DNA from: Candidatus Eiseniibacteriota bacterium
Lineage (GTDB): Bacteria; Eisenbacteria; RBG-16-71-46
Length of the DNA stretch: 64,000 nt
Assembly (NCBI GenBank): GCA_963717505.1
Contig: OY970342.1
Location: forward strand, 3,552,001 to 3,616,000
Reading direction: 5' to 3'
Shown here: positions 53,168 to 64,000 of the stretch, one piece after another
Position numbering within the stretch: position 1 is the first letter of the stretch
How the letters are laid out: every line of letters starts with the position of its first letter
The notes under the pieces: generated by a model
The model's input: only the letters and a program-made list of their open reading frames with translations
Database searches by the model: none
Told to the model about the DNA's origin: nothing
Made by a program: the position numbers and the translations under genes

Positions 53168-55666
53168 GCACCGACGGCTTCCGGATCGAAGCTCGACTTG
53201 CACTTCAGGCAGCGCAGCGTGGGACCCTTCTTGGTCTCCTTCTCCACCAGGAACGGCGCACCGCAGTTCGGGCACGGCGTGATGCGCGGCCGGTCCCAGG
53301 CCGCGAACGTGCAGTCCGGATAGCGCGTGCAGCCGTAGAACGTCTTGCCGCGCTTCGTGCGCCGCTCGGCGATCTCGCCCTTGCCGCACATCGGGCAGGG
53401 GATGCCGAGCGTGAACGGCTTGCGTGAACTTGCACTCGGGTCGCCGCTCGCAGTGGATGAAGCGCCCGTAGGGACCGTTGCGCGCGACCAGACCGGCGCC
53501 GCACAGTCGGGCAGGTGCCGTCCACCGGCACCGGCAGCTCCGGCGTCGTCGACCGGACGCGTGTACTTGCACTCGGGATAGCCCGGGCAGGCCAGGAACG
53601 CGCCCGCGCCGGCCGAACTTCTTGACCAGCATCTGGCCGCAGTTCGGGCAGATCGATGTCGGTCGGCTTCTTCGACCTTCTCGCGCAGCTTCTTGACGCT
53701 GCTTCTCGGCGCGCTCGAGGTCCTTGCTCAGCGGGTTCCACAGGTCGCGCACCACCTGCTGCCACTCCTGCTTACCTTCCTCGATGTCGTCCAGCTCGTC
53801 TTCCATGCCGGCGGTGAACGCGACGTCGAACACGTCGGGGAACGTCGTTGACCAGGAGCCGGTTCACGGTGCGTCCGAGGTCGGTCGGCACCAGGCGCCC
53901 GCGGTCGCGGTTCACGTACTGCGCGGCTGGTGATGGTGGTGACGATGGTGGCGTAGGTGCTCGGCCGGCCGATGTTCTCCTCTTCGAGCGCCTTGACCAG
54001 CGACGCCTCGGTGTAGCGCGGCGGCGGCTGGGTGAAGTGCTGGAGCGGACGCACGACCTCGGGCGCCGACTCGTCGTCCTCGGCCTGCAGGACCAGCGGC
54101 GCATGCGCCAGCCTGAGCGCCTCGCCGACCGCCAGCTCCGGCAGCCGGCCGTCGCGTTCATCGTCTTCCTCGTCGACGCCGTAGAGCTTCTGGAATCCGG
54201 GGAACTTGAGCACACGGCCGCTGGCCCTGAGGCCCAAGCGTCCGGCCTCGATGTCGACCGTGGTCGCCAGGTACTCGGCCGAGGCCGCCTGCGACGCCAC
54301 GGCTCGCTTCCAGATCAGGTCGTAGAGCTTGTACTGCTCCTCGGTCAGGAACGGCCGCACCGAATCCGGTGTGCGCGCGACGTCGCTCGGACGAATCGCC
54401 TCGTGCGCTTCCTGCGCCGATTTCCGCGCCTTGAACACGCGCGGCGAGTCGGGAACGTATTCGTCGCCCAGGTTCTGGCCGAGCCAGCCGCGAATCGCCG
54501 TGATCGCCTCGTCGGCCAGGCGCGGCGAATCGGTGCGCATGTAGGTGATCAGGCCGACGCTGCCTTCGCTGCCGAGATTGACGCCTTCGTAGAGCTGCTG
54601 CGCGACCTTCATCGTGCGCTTGGCTGGCGAACCCGAGGCGGTTGAACGCGATCTGCTGGAGCGTGCTGGTGATGAACGGCGGCCGCGGATGCACCTGACG
54701 CGGCGTGGTCTCGACCTCGCGCACCCGCGGGCTGGCCGCGGCCAGCTCGGTCGCCAGCGAGCGCGCGCGCGCCTCCGCGCCCTCGCCCCGCAGCTGACCG
54801 TGCTCCAGGTCCTCGTCGCCGACCCGGACCAGCCGCGCGGTGAAACGCTCCCCCGCGCGGTTCTCGAGTCCACCTCGAGCGTCCAGTATTCCTCCGGCAC
54901 GAACGCTTCGATCTCGTCCTCGCGATCGCACAGGAGCCGGAGCGCCACGCGTCTGCACCCGCCCGGCCGACAGTCCGAAGTAGAGCGTCTTCCACAGCAA
55001 CGGGCTCACCTTGTAGCCGACCAGACGGTCGAGCACGCGCCGCGCCTGCTGGGCGTTGACCAGGTTCATGTCGAGCGCCCGCGGGTGCTCGAGCGCCTGC
55101 TGCACCGCGCGCTCGGTGATCTCGTTGAAGGTCAGCCGCTGGATCGGCTTTTTGGCCGCCTTGAGCACCGAAGCCAGGTGCCAGGCGATCGCCTCGCCCT
55201 CGCGGTCGGGATCGGGCGCGAGGTAAATGCGCTCGGCGGTCTCGGCCGCGGTCTTGAGCCGCGCGATCGCCTGATTCTTGCTCACGATCGGCACGTACTC
55301 GGGCTCGAAGTCGTTCTCGATGTCGACACCGAGCTTGCTCTTCGGCAGGTCCATGATGTGGCCGTTGGAAGCGAGCACGGTGAATTTCTTCCCGAGGAAC
55401 TTGGTCAGCGTGCGCGACTTGGTCGGCGACTCGACGATGACCAGCGATTTCCCGGCGGCACTCGCCGGCGCCTTGGCGCGCGACTTCTTCGCCTTGGCCG
55501 ACGGCTTCTCCGTCGCCTCGGGACCCTCGGTCGGGGTCGAGGCCGTCTTTGCGGACTTACTACGCGTGACCTTCGGCTTGTCTTCCGCCACTTCGGTGGC
55601 GGGCGCCGGAGCCCGACGCCGGGATCGGGCTTCGGGAGCGCGTCCGCGACGCGCCGCGGGGCTCAA
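53164..55666 (-). CDS. topA: DNA topoisomerase I (type IA) with C-terminal Zn ribbons (frameshifted)
   Basis: Motifs LVIVESPTK, DPDREGEAI, SAGRVQ, ITYMRTDS, AQEAHEAIRP, GRPSTYA, and C4 zinc-finger repeats. Confidence 0.95.
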
Positions 55667-56132
55667 TGCGCGACCTCGGCGTCCAGGGCCCCACCGTCGT
55701 CCGCGTCCACGTGCAGGGCCACCCGCACCGCGACCTCGCGGGCGGTGGCGACATCCGCCGGGTGCTCGCCGGCCGTGAGCACCTCGAGGACGCGTTCGAA
55801 CTGATCCGGGTCGAGCGAACCGCGCCGGCGCAGGTCGAGCAGGAAGCCCCAGGCCTCCGGCGTCAACGACTCGCGCTCCTCGGCGCTCGGCACGCGCAGC
55901 GCATGACGCCCGGAGCCGACGATCGGGCCGACCTCGCCCGGCTCGGCATTCGGCTCGAGCATGCTGCGCAGGACCAGCAGCGCCGCGTGCAGGTCCTCGC
56001 TCCCGGCCTGGGTCTGCTCGAGCGCCTCGCCCAGGGTCTCGAACGCGAGGTCATCCCCTTCCAGGTAGGCCTCGAGCCGCTCGGCGATGCGCTGCAGCAC
56101 GCGGAGCACGACGTCCGGTGATGGGGAGTTCT

Positions 56133-56136
<4 letters not shown>
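55663..56136 (-). CDS. DUF494/Smg-like protein
   Basis: [39 protein letters not shown], located immediately upstream of topA. Confidence 0.75.
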
Positions 56137-59141
<3,005 letters not shown>

Positions 59142-59208
59142 GCGGATCAGAATAGTGGCCGTGTCAAGCGACGGGTTGCGCACACGCGCGGCGGCCAACT
59201 GATGCACG

Positions 59209-59237
59209 ACGGCCCGGCGCCGTGGGCGCCGGGCCGT
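59209..59237 (-). terminator. Strong hairpin downstream of cold-shock gene
   Basis: Perfect 13-bp stem ACGGCCCGGCGCC-GTG-GGCGCCGGGCCGT, 25 nt after the csp stop. There is no U-tract. Confidence 0.5.
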
Positions 59238-59261
59238 GAACGCTCCGAGTGGTCGTGGTTT

Positions 59262-59465
59262 TCAGTGGACTTTGATCACGTGGGACGCCTCCGCGCCCCG
59301 ATCGCTTTGCTTGATGTCGAATTCCACTTGCTCACCTTCACTGAGTGAGCGGAAGCCTCTGCCTTCGATCGCGGAGTGGTGAACAAAGACGTCCTGCTCG
59401 CCCTCCGCGGCAATGAATCCGTACCCCTTTACATGGTTGAACCACTTCACGGTGCCACGTGCCAT
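59262..59465 (-). CDS. Cold-shock protein (CspA family)
   Basis: MARGTVKWFNHVKGYGFI…DVFVHHSAI…GFRSLSEGEQVEF, with a GGAGG RBS. Confidence 0.95.
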   Translation of the reverse strand: MARGTVKWFNHVKGYGFIAAEGEQDVFVHHSAIEGRGFRSLSEGEQVEFDIKQSDRGAEASHVIKVH

Positions 59466-59635
59466 GGACATTCCTCCATGTAGGCCGCCGGAGCACGACC
59501 TGGAGCTGTTCGCAGGGTGCGCCCCGATCGGGACCGGGTCAAGGGGATTGCTCCCACTTGATGAATCTTTGTCGCGGGCGCGACCGGTACCGGACCGAGG
59601 CCCGGCTTCTCGGGGCGCCGAAGTCCGCGAACTGC

Positions 59636-60550
59636 TCAAGCGGCGCGCGGTTGCCGCCGGCTGTGGGCCTCGACCAGGGCACGGGCGCCGGCATGGCCGG
59701 GCTCGACGTCCAGGACCCACTGAGCCTGCTCGACCGCCTCCGGAATCCGCGAGACCGCTTCGAGCGCCTGCGCGAAGCGTACGCGGGCATCGTGGAACTC
59801 GGGGTGCAGCTCGAGGGCGCGACCCAGCGAGGCCAGGGCGTCGTCCGCCAGACCCATGCGCAGCTCGGCGGATCCCATGAGGTAATGCAGGTCGGGGTAG
59901 GCGTCGTGGTGCGCAACCACTTCCTCGATCGACGCGAGTGCTCGCTCGCAGTCCCCGGCGCGCATGTGCTCGTGGTAGCGCGCGATCCGCTCCTGCAGTT
60001 CGGGATCCGGCATCTGGAAACCGCGGCGGAGGAAAGCGTCTGCTCCCTCCCAATCGGCGAACTCCAGTCGCTTGACCCCCTGCAGGAACGCGCCGCGGTC
60101 CTGAATCGGTGCGTCCTCGGCCAACGACTTGAGCGCCAGCACGGCCTCGCCCACCATGCCGTCGCGGGCGTCGAGCAACGCCAGCTCGACCCGAGCCGCC
60201 ACATAACGAGGATTGATCTGCAGCGCGCGCTCGAGCGCGCGACGCGCGTCCAGGCGCCGCCCGTGGCCGAGCAACACGCAAGCATGGCGATGCTGGAGGT
60301 CGGCGAAGCGCGGTCGCAGCTCGGTGGCGCGCGCCAGAGCGCGCTCCGCGGACTGGAGGTCGCCGGCGCGCTCCGCGTGGCGCCCCACTTCCGCGAACGC
60401 GAGTGCTGCCGGAGTCGCCAATGCCGAACGCGAGCCGGCGGCCAGCGTCTGCTCGATCCGGCGGCACGCGTCGCGGATGCGACCGGTGCGGGCCAGCTCG
60501 ACGGCGGCGCCGAACTCCGAGGGTGCTTGATCGTCGGGCCGAGGCTTCAT
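59636..60550 (-). CDS. Tetratricopeptide repeat protein
   Basis: TPR motifs RATELRPRFADL, RALQINPRYVAA, YPDLHYLMG and RALELHPEF. ATGA coupling with the upstream gene. Confidence 0.82.
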   Translation of the reverse strand: MKPRPDDQAPSEFGAAVELARTGRIRDACRRIEQTLAAGSRSALATPAALAFAEVGRHAERAGDLQSAERALARATELRPRFADLQHRHACVLLGHGRRLDARRALERALQINPRYVAARVELALLDARDGMVGEAVLALKSLAEDAPIQDRGAFLQGVKRLEFADWEGADAFLRRGFQMPDPELQERIARYHEHMRAGDCERALASIEEVVAHHDAYPDLHYLMGSAELRMGLADDALASLGRALELHPEFHDARVRFAQALEAVSRIPEAVEQAQWVLDVEPGHAGARALVEAHSRRQPRAA

Positions 60551-61161
60551 GCCATGGTCGCTGCCAGCAGTTTCATCGCGTATCCCGAGAACAAAGTCAT
60601 GCCCAGGTTGTCGTCGAAGGGTATCGGCAGGAACTCGACCAGACTTGCGACCAGCGCCCCGACGACCACGACGCGAACGTCGAGCAAGCCGGCCCCCGCG
60701 AGGTAGGCCGCCCAGGCCAGACAGGCGAGGAGTCCGGCCAGGGCGCCCTCGACCGTCTTGCCGAAGAACCGAATGCGTCCGTGCGCGCGACCGACCACCG
60801 CGGCCGACGCGTCGCCCAGCACCGTAAACCCCACCGCGGCGGCGGCGATCGGTCGCGGAAACAAGTCGACGGCGAGCAGGGTCGCGAGCAACAGGTAGGT
60901 GGAGCCCATGAGGGCCGTATGCTCGTGGCGTCGAATCATGTCTCCGAAGAATCGCCGGAAGAATCCGCGCACGTTCCGGTCGTGAATGCGAAACACGTCG
61001 ATCAGCATCGCGCCGGCCACCAGCAACGCCAGCAGCACCGTCCACTCGCCGCGCGATTGCGGCCACGGCAGCCATGGATGGACCATCGCCAGCGGCACGA
61101 TCAGGAACGACAGGTGGATCGCCTTGCGGCCGATTTCGGCGCGCAGTCCGGTGGCGGTCAT
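60547..61161 (-). CDS. Phytol/dolichol kinase-like (CTP_transf_1) membrane protein
   Basis: Motifs RKAIHL, MIRRHE, LGDASAAVVG, KTVEG and DDNL. Confidence 0.85.
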   Translation of the reverse strand: MTATGLRAEIGRKAIHLSFLIVPLAMVHPWLPWPQSRGEWTVLLALLVAGAMLIDVFRIHDRNVRGFFRRFFGDMIRRHEHTALMGSTYLLLATLLAVDLFPRPIAAAAVGFTVLGDASAAVVGRAHGRIRFFGKTVEGALAGLLACLAWAAYLAGAGLLDVRVVVVGALVASLVEFLPIPFDDNLGMTLFSGYAMKLLAATMA

Positions 61162-62033
61162 CGCCGCGCCTCGACGTAGACGTAGGCGCCGCGGCACACG
61201 CGCAGCAATACGTCGTCCCAGCGCCGGAACCAACGCGCGATCCACGGCCGCCACGCCGCCGGCATGCTCAGCTTGGGCGCCAGGTACCACCAGAACGGCA
61301 GGGTCGTGATCACGCGCGCGCCCGGAAAGCGAGCGGCCACCTGACCGACGATCGATTCCTGCGAGATGCCTTCGAACGGCGAGGCGTCGTGGAGGACGTC
61401 GCTCCCGCCGCGTTCGAGTGCGGCGCGCTTGGCCGACTCGCTGGCCAGGAACGATCCCAGCCGCCGGCGCAGACGCCACTTCTCCGGATACGGCATCGAG
61501 GTCGGCAGCACGGCGTAGAGGATTGCGGCCAGTGCCCGCGCCGGACGGGTCATGCCGATGTAGTCGATGGCCAGGAACGCGCCGCCCGGGCGCAGGACCC
61601 TTTGGATCTCGTCGAAGACGTGCGCGAGCTCGGCGATGTGGTGCAGGGAATCATGCGCGATCACGCTGTCGAACGGTCCGTCCGGAAGCCGCATGGTGTT
61701 GAGGTCACCGACCAGGAACTCGGGCTCGGGACCCGAGCTTCCGACACGCCGGCGCGCTTCCCGAATCCGCTCGGGCGAAAGATCCACGGCGGTCACCTCG
61801 AGCCCGCGGCCGGCCAGCTCGAGTGCCAGGTCGCCCTCGCCGCAGCCCAGCTCGAGCACGCGCGGACCGTTCTCGACGATGCGCGCGCGAAAGCGGCGCT
61901 CGAGATCGCCGAAGAAGATCTCCTGGAGGACAGGATCGTCCCAGATCTGGCGATTGCGCGGATCGTGCGGCGACCCGCCCCAATGGTCTGCCTCGCGGCG
62001 CGCCAGGGTCTCGTAGCGGGTCGTGCCCACCAC
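61158..62033 (-). CDS. Class I SAM-dependent methyltransferase
   Basis: Motifs VLELGCGEG, AVDLS, GPFDSV, SLHH and RVLRPGG. Confidence 0.88.
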   Translation of the reverse strand: MVGTTRYETLARREADHWGGSPHDPRNRQIWDDPVLQEIFFGDLERRFRARIVENGPRVLELGCGEGDLALELAGRGLEVTAVDLSPERIREARRRVGSSGPEPEFLVGDLNTMRLPDGPFDSVIAHDSLHHIAELAHVFDEIQRVLRPGGAFLAIDYIGMTRPARALAAILYAVLPTSMPYPEKWRLRRRLGSFLASESAKRAALERGGSDVLHDASPFEGISQESIVGQVAARFPGARVITTLPFWWYLAPKLSMPAAWRPWIARWFRRWDDVLLRVCRGAYVYVEARR

Positions 62034-62043
62034 CGATTCCCGA

Positions 62044-63999
62044 CTACTCGAAACGGGGCCGCAGCGAGCGGGCCGCCTGCCACGCGCCGAGGACGACTCT
62101 TACATAGTGGTGGGTCTGCCCGTAGGTGATGAGCTCACAGGCCAGCGCCTCTCCGCCCGGATCCGGCAGCTGGGCCCAGGGCCTCGCCCCGGTGGGTCCG
62201 GCGTTGTAGGCGGCGATCGCCATGGTCCTGCGTCCGTCGAAGTAGCCGGCGATGCGGTCGAGATAGCCGGAGCCCAACCGAACGTTGCGGCCGGGGCGGA
62301 ACAGGTCCTGCTCGTGCGGCAATGGCAGCCGCATCAGGCGAGCCTGTTCGCGAGCGGTGGCGAGCTTGAGCTGCATCAGGCCGAGCGCGTTGCTCGTAGA
62401 GCGCGCCAGCGTATCGAAGCGGCTCTCCTGCCAGGTGACCGCGTAGAGCAGCGCCGTCGAATCGGTCCATGCCCCGTGCGGGGCGAACAGGTCGGCATGC
62501 GCCGGCGGATACATCCAAGGCACCACGCTCCAGCGCGCGAGCGCGTCGCCCGGGGGGATCTCGTCGTAGGCCAGCCGCGCGTAGCGAATCCCCGCTCCCC
62601 ACGCGCCGGCGCCAAAGCTGACCGAGGCGGCGGCCAGGAGATGACGCCACCTCGGTTCCCCCCCGTCGACCGGCTGCGCCGACCACGAGGGCACCTGGAG
62701 GAGGTCGGGTGTGCCGGGAGATTCGTAGGGCGAGTGTCCGATGCCGGCGCTCGGAGCAGCGCTGCCGACGTCGAGTCGCCAGCGCTCGAGTGTGCGCAGC
62801 GCCTCGTCGGTCGCGCCGACCGCGACCAGGCGCGCCGCGTGTCGGATGGTCGGGTGCGGCCGCTCGGCCGCGGTCGCAATCACCCGCGGCCAATCCAGCG
62901 TCTGCAGCGACTCGCGCGCGGCCACGCGATAGAAGTCGAAGCCGGGGCGGCTGGCCAGCAACCGAAGCAAGGAGTCGGCTCGCCCACTGCTCGAGTCCAG
63001 GACCGAGATCCAGAAGACGCCGCCCTCGACCCCCGAGCGCGCGAACCAGTCGCGCGCCCGATCGACGTCGCCGTTTCGCAGGTGCTCGATGCCGACCCGG
63101 GCCGCGGCCGTCCCGGCGCCATCACCGCCTCGTTCGGCGAGCCGCGCCGCGGCCCGCAGCACTTCCGGCCCGAGTCCGCTGGTTTCGGCGACGCGAATCG
63201 CCTCGGCGTCCGCGGTGTCGGCGAGCAGCGGATCGGCCGCCAGCGAGGCGGCACGCTCGTACGCGCGCAACGCGCGGTCCGTCGCTCCCGCGTCGCGATG
63301 GATCCGCGCGCGTTCGAGCGAGATCGCGGCCCGACGATGATCCTCGGTCACGCCGTGTTCCGCCTCGGACGCTGCAGCCAGCGCCGAATCGAAGTTTCGC
63401 AGCTCGCGTAGCAACGCGGCCCGGCGAAGCGTCGCCGACCAGCGCGCGGCGTCGTCCAGTCGCGGCTCGACCGCGGACAGCCGTTGGATCGCGGCGCGCT
63501 TGTCCCCCGCCAAGGCTTCGGCCTCGGCCGCAGCCAGCTCGTCTCCGACCGGCGAGAGCGTCCCACGCGCGGCACGCCACGCCTCGAGATCTGCGATCGC
63601 CCGCAGGGCGACCGGTGTCTCCGGATGGTTCTGGACCACTCGGCGCGCCAGCGTTTCGGCGCCCGCCGTGTCCTGCATCGCCAGGCGCAGGCGAGCCCTG
63701 CGATAGAGCCACGCCGACACCTCGAGCGGAGTCCATCCTGAAGGAGAAGCCGACGCCAACAACGAATCGGCTGCCGCCGGCCGACCGGTGAGCAAATCGG
63801 TCCGGCCGCGCAACGCCTCCCATTGCCAGGGCCCCGGCGTGCGCGCCAGCTCGGCCCACATGGCATCGGCTTCGGCGAACTCGCCGCGCTGCTGAGCCCA
63901 GGTCGCCAGTCGGCCCAAGGCCGAGGGCCTCAGGTAGGGATCGTCGGTCAGTGCCGCCCACGCGAGAACGCTGTCGCGGTTGGTGCGCGCCGACCGGAT
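62044..63999 (-). CDS. Soluble lytic transglycosylase (Slt70-like, TPR + SLT), 5' truncated by window edge
   Basis: C-terminal QESRF, ALGLMQL, NVRLGSGYL, AAYNAG and QTHHYV, after TPR-like helices. The frame is open to the window end. Confidence 0.88.
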   Translation of the reverse strand: MRSARTNRDSVLAWAALTDDPYLRPSALGRLATWAQQRGEFAEADAMWAELARTPGPWQWEALRGRTDLLTGRPAAADSLLASASPSGWTPLEVSAWLYRRARLRLAMQDTAGAETLARRVVQNHPETPVALRAIADLEAWRAARGTLSPVGDELAAAEAEALAGDKRAAIQRLSAVEPRLDDAARWSATLRRAALLRELRNFDSALAAASEAEHGVTEDHRRAAISLERARIHRDAGATDRALRAYERAASLAADPLLADTADAEAIRVAETSGLGPEVLRAAARLAERGGDGAGTAAARVGIEHLRNGDVDRARDWFARSGVEGGVFWISVLDSSSGRADSLLRLLASRPGFDFYRVAARESLQTLDWPRVIATAAERPHPTIRHAARLVAVGATDEALRTLERWRLDVGSAAPSAGIGHSPYESPGTPDLLQVPSWSAQPVDGGEPRWRHLLAAASVSFGAGAWGAGIRYARLAYDEIPPGDALARWSVVPWMYPPAHADLFAPHGAWTDSTALLYAVTWQESRFDTLARSTSNALGLMQLKLATAREQARLMRLPLPHEQDLFRPGRNVRLGSGYLDRIAGYFDGRRTMAIAAYNAGPTGARPWAQLPDPGGEALACELITYGQTHHYVRVVLGAWQAARSLRPRFE

Positions 64000-64000
64000 T

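Noticed and set aside
46400-55000. True pseudogenes of dapA/dapB/dapF/topA/xerC
   Set aside because: Catalytic motifs are intact, the genes are essential, and the indels cluster regionally, which favours sequencing error.
59162-59167. TTGACA as the -35 element of secA
   Set aside because: It is only 7 nt from the TATTCT box, which is incompatible with sigma70 spacing.

Overview
High-GC bacterial chromosomal window from a diderm organism (LptE, LpxR, an Omp85-family protein, and several secreted proteins with FlgD-Ig/T9SS-like C-terminal domains). By inference it belongs to the FCB-associated lineages, with a gene style typical of Candidatus Eisenbacteria. It is mostly housekeeping: trpF(partial)-trpB, tRNA-Arg(CCG), a WlbA/B/C-like nucleotide-sugar trio, a sigma54 two-component system, lptE-holA-leuS, an aldehyde dehydrogenase, GH57, uvrC-xerD, rpsT, dapF/A/B, xerC-topA-smg-secA, a cold-shock protein and a partial lytic transglycosylase. 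I found no CRISPR array, rRNA, transposase or prophage. The most interesting locus is at 4647-8012 (- strand). There, a short leader ORF with a hydrophobic segment, HxHH, CxxC and a C-terminal RAPP arrest-type motif (DUF2946/CruR-like) precedes an outer-membrane porin-like gene, a Zn/Mn-type solute-binding protein and an ABC-3 permease, with no ATPase. Other notable items are a SNF2 helicase with an N-terminal Tudor-like domain paired with a YqhG-like Zn-ribbon protein, a metalloprotease-propeller-Omp85 fusion, a Cys-rich insert in a kinase GAF domain, three tandem palindromes after trpB, a 30-bp tandem repeat forming a mini-ORF coupled to GH57, a 56-aa membrane protein missing from the ORF track, and probable leaderless genes. 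Two blocks (about 33.8-39.9 kb and 46.4-55.0 kb) contain many single-base frameshifts in essential genes. These are most likely assembly errors, so coordinates there are approximate.
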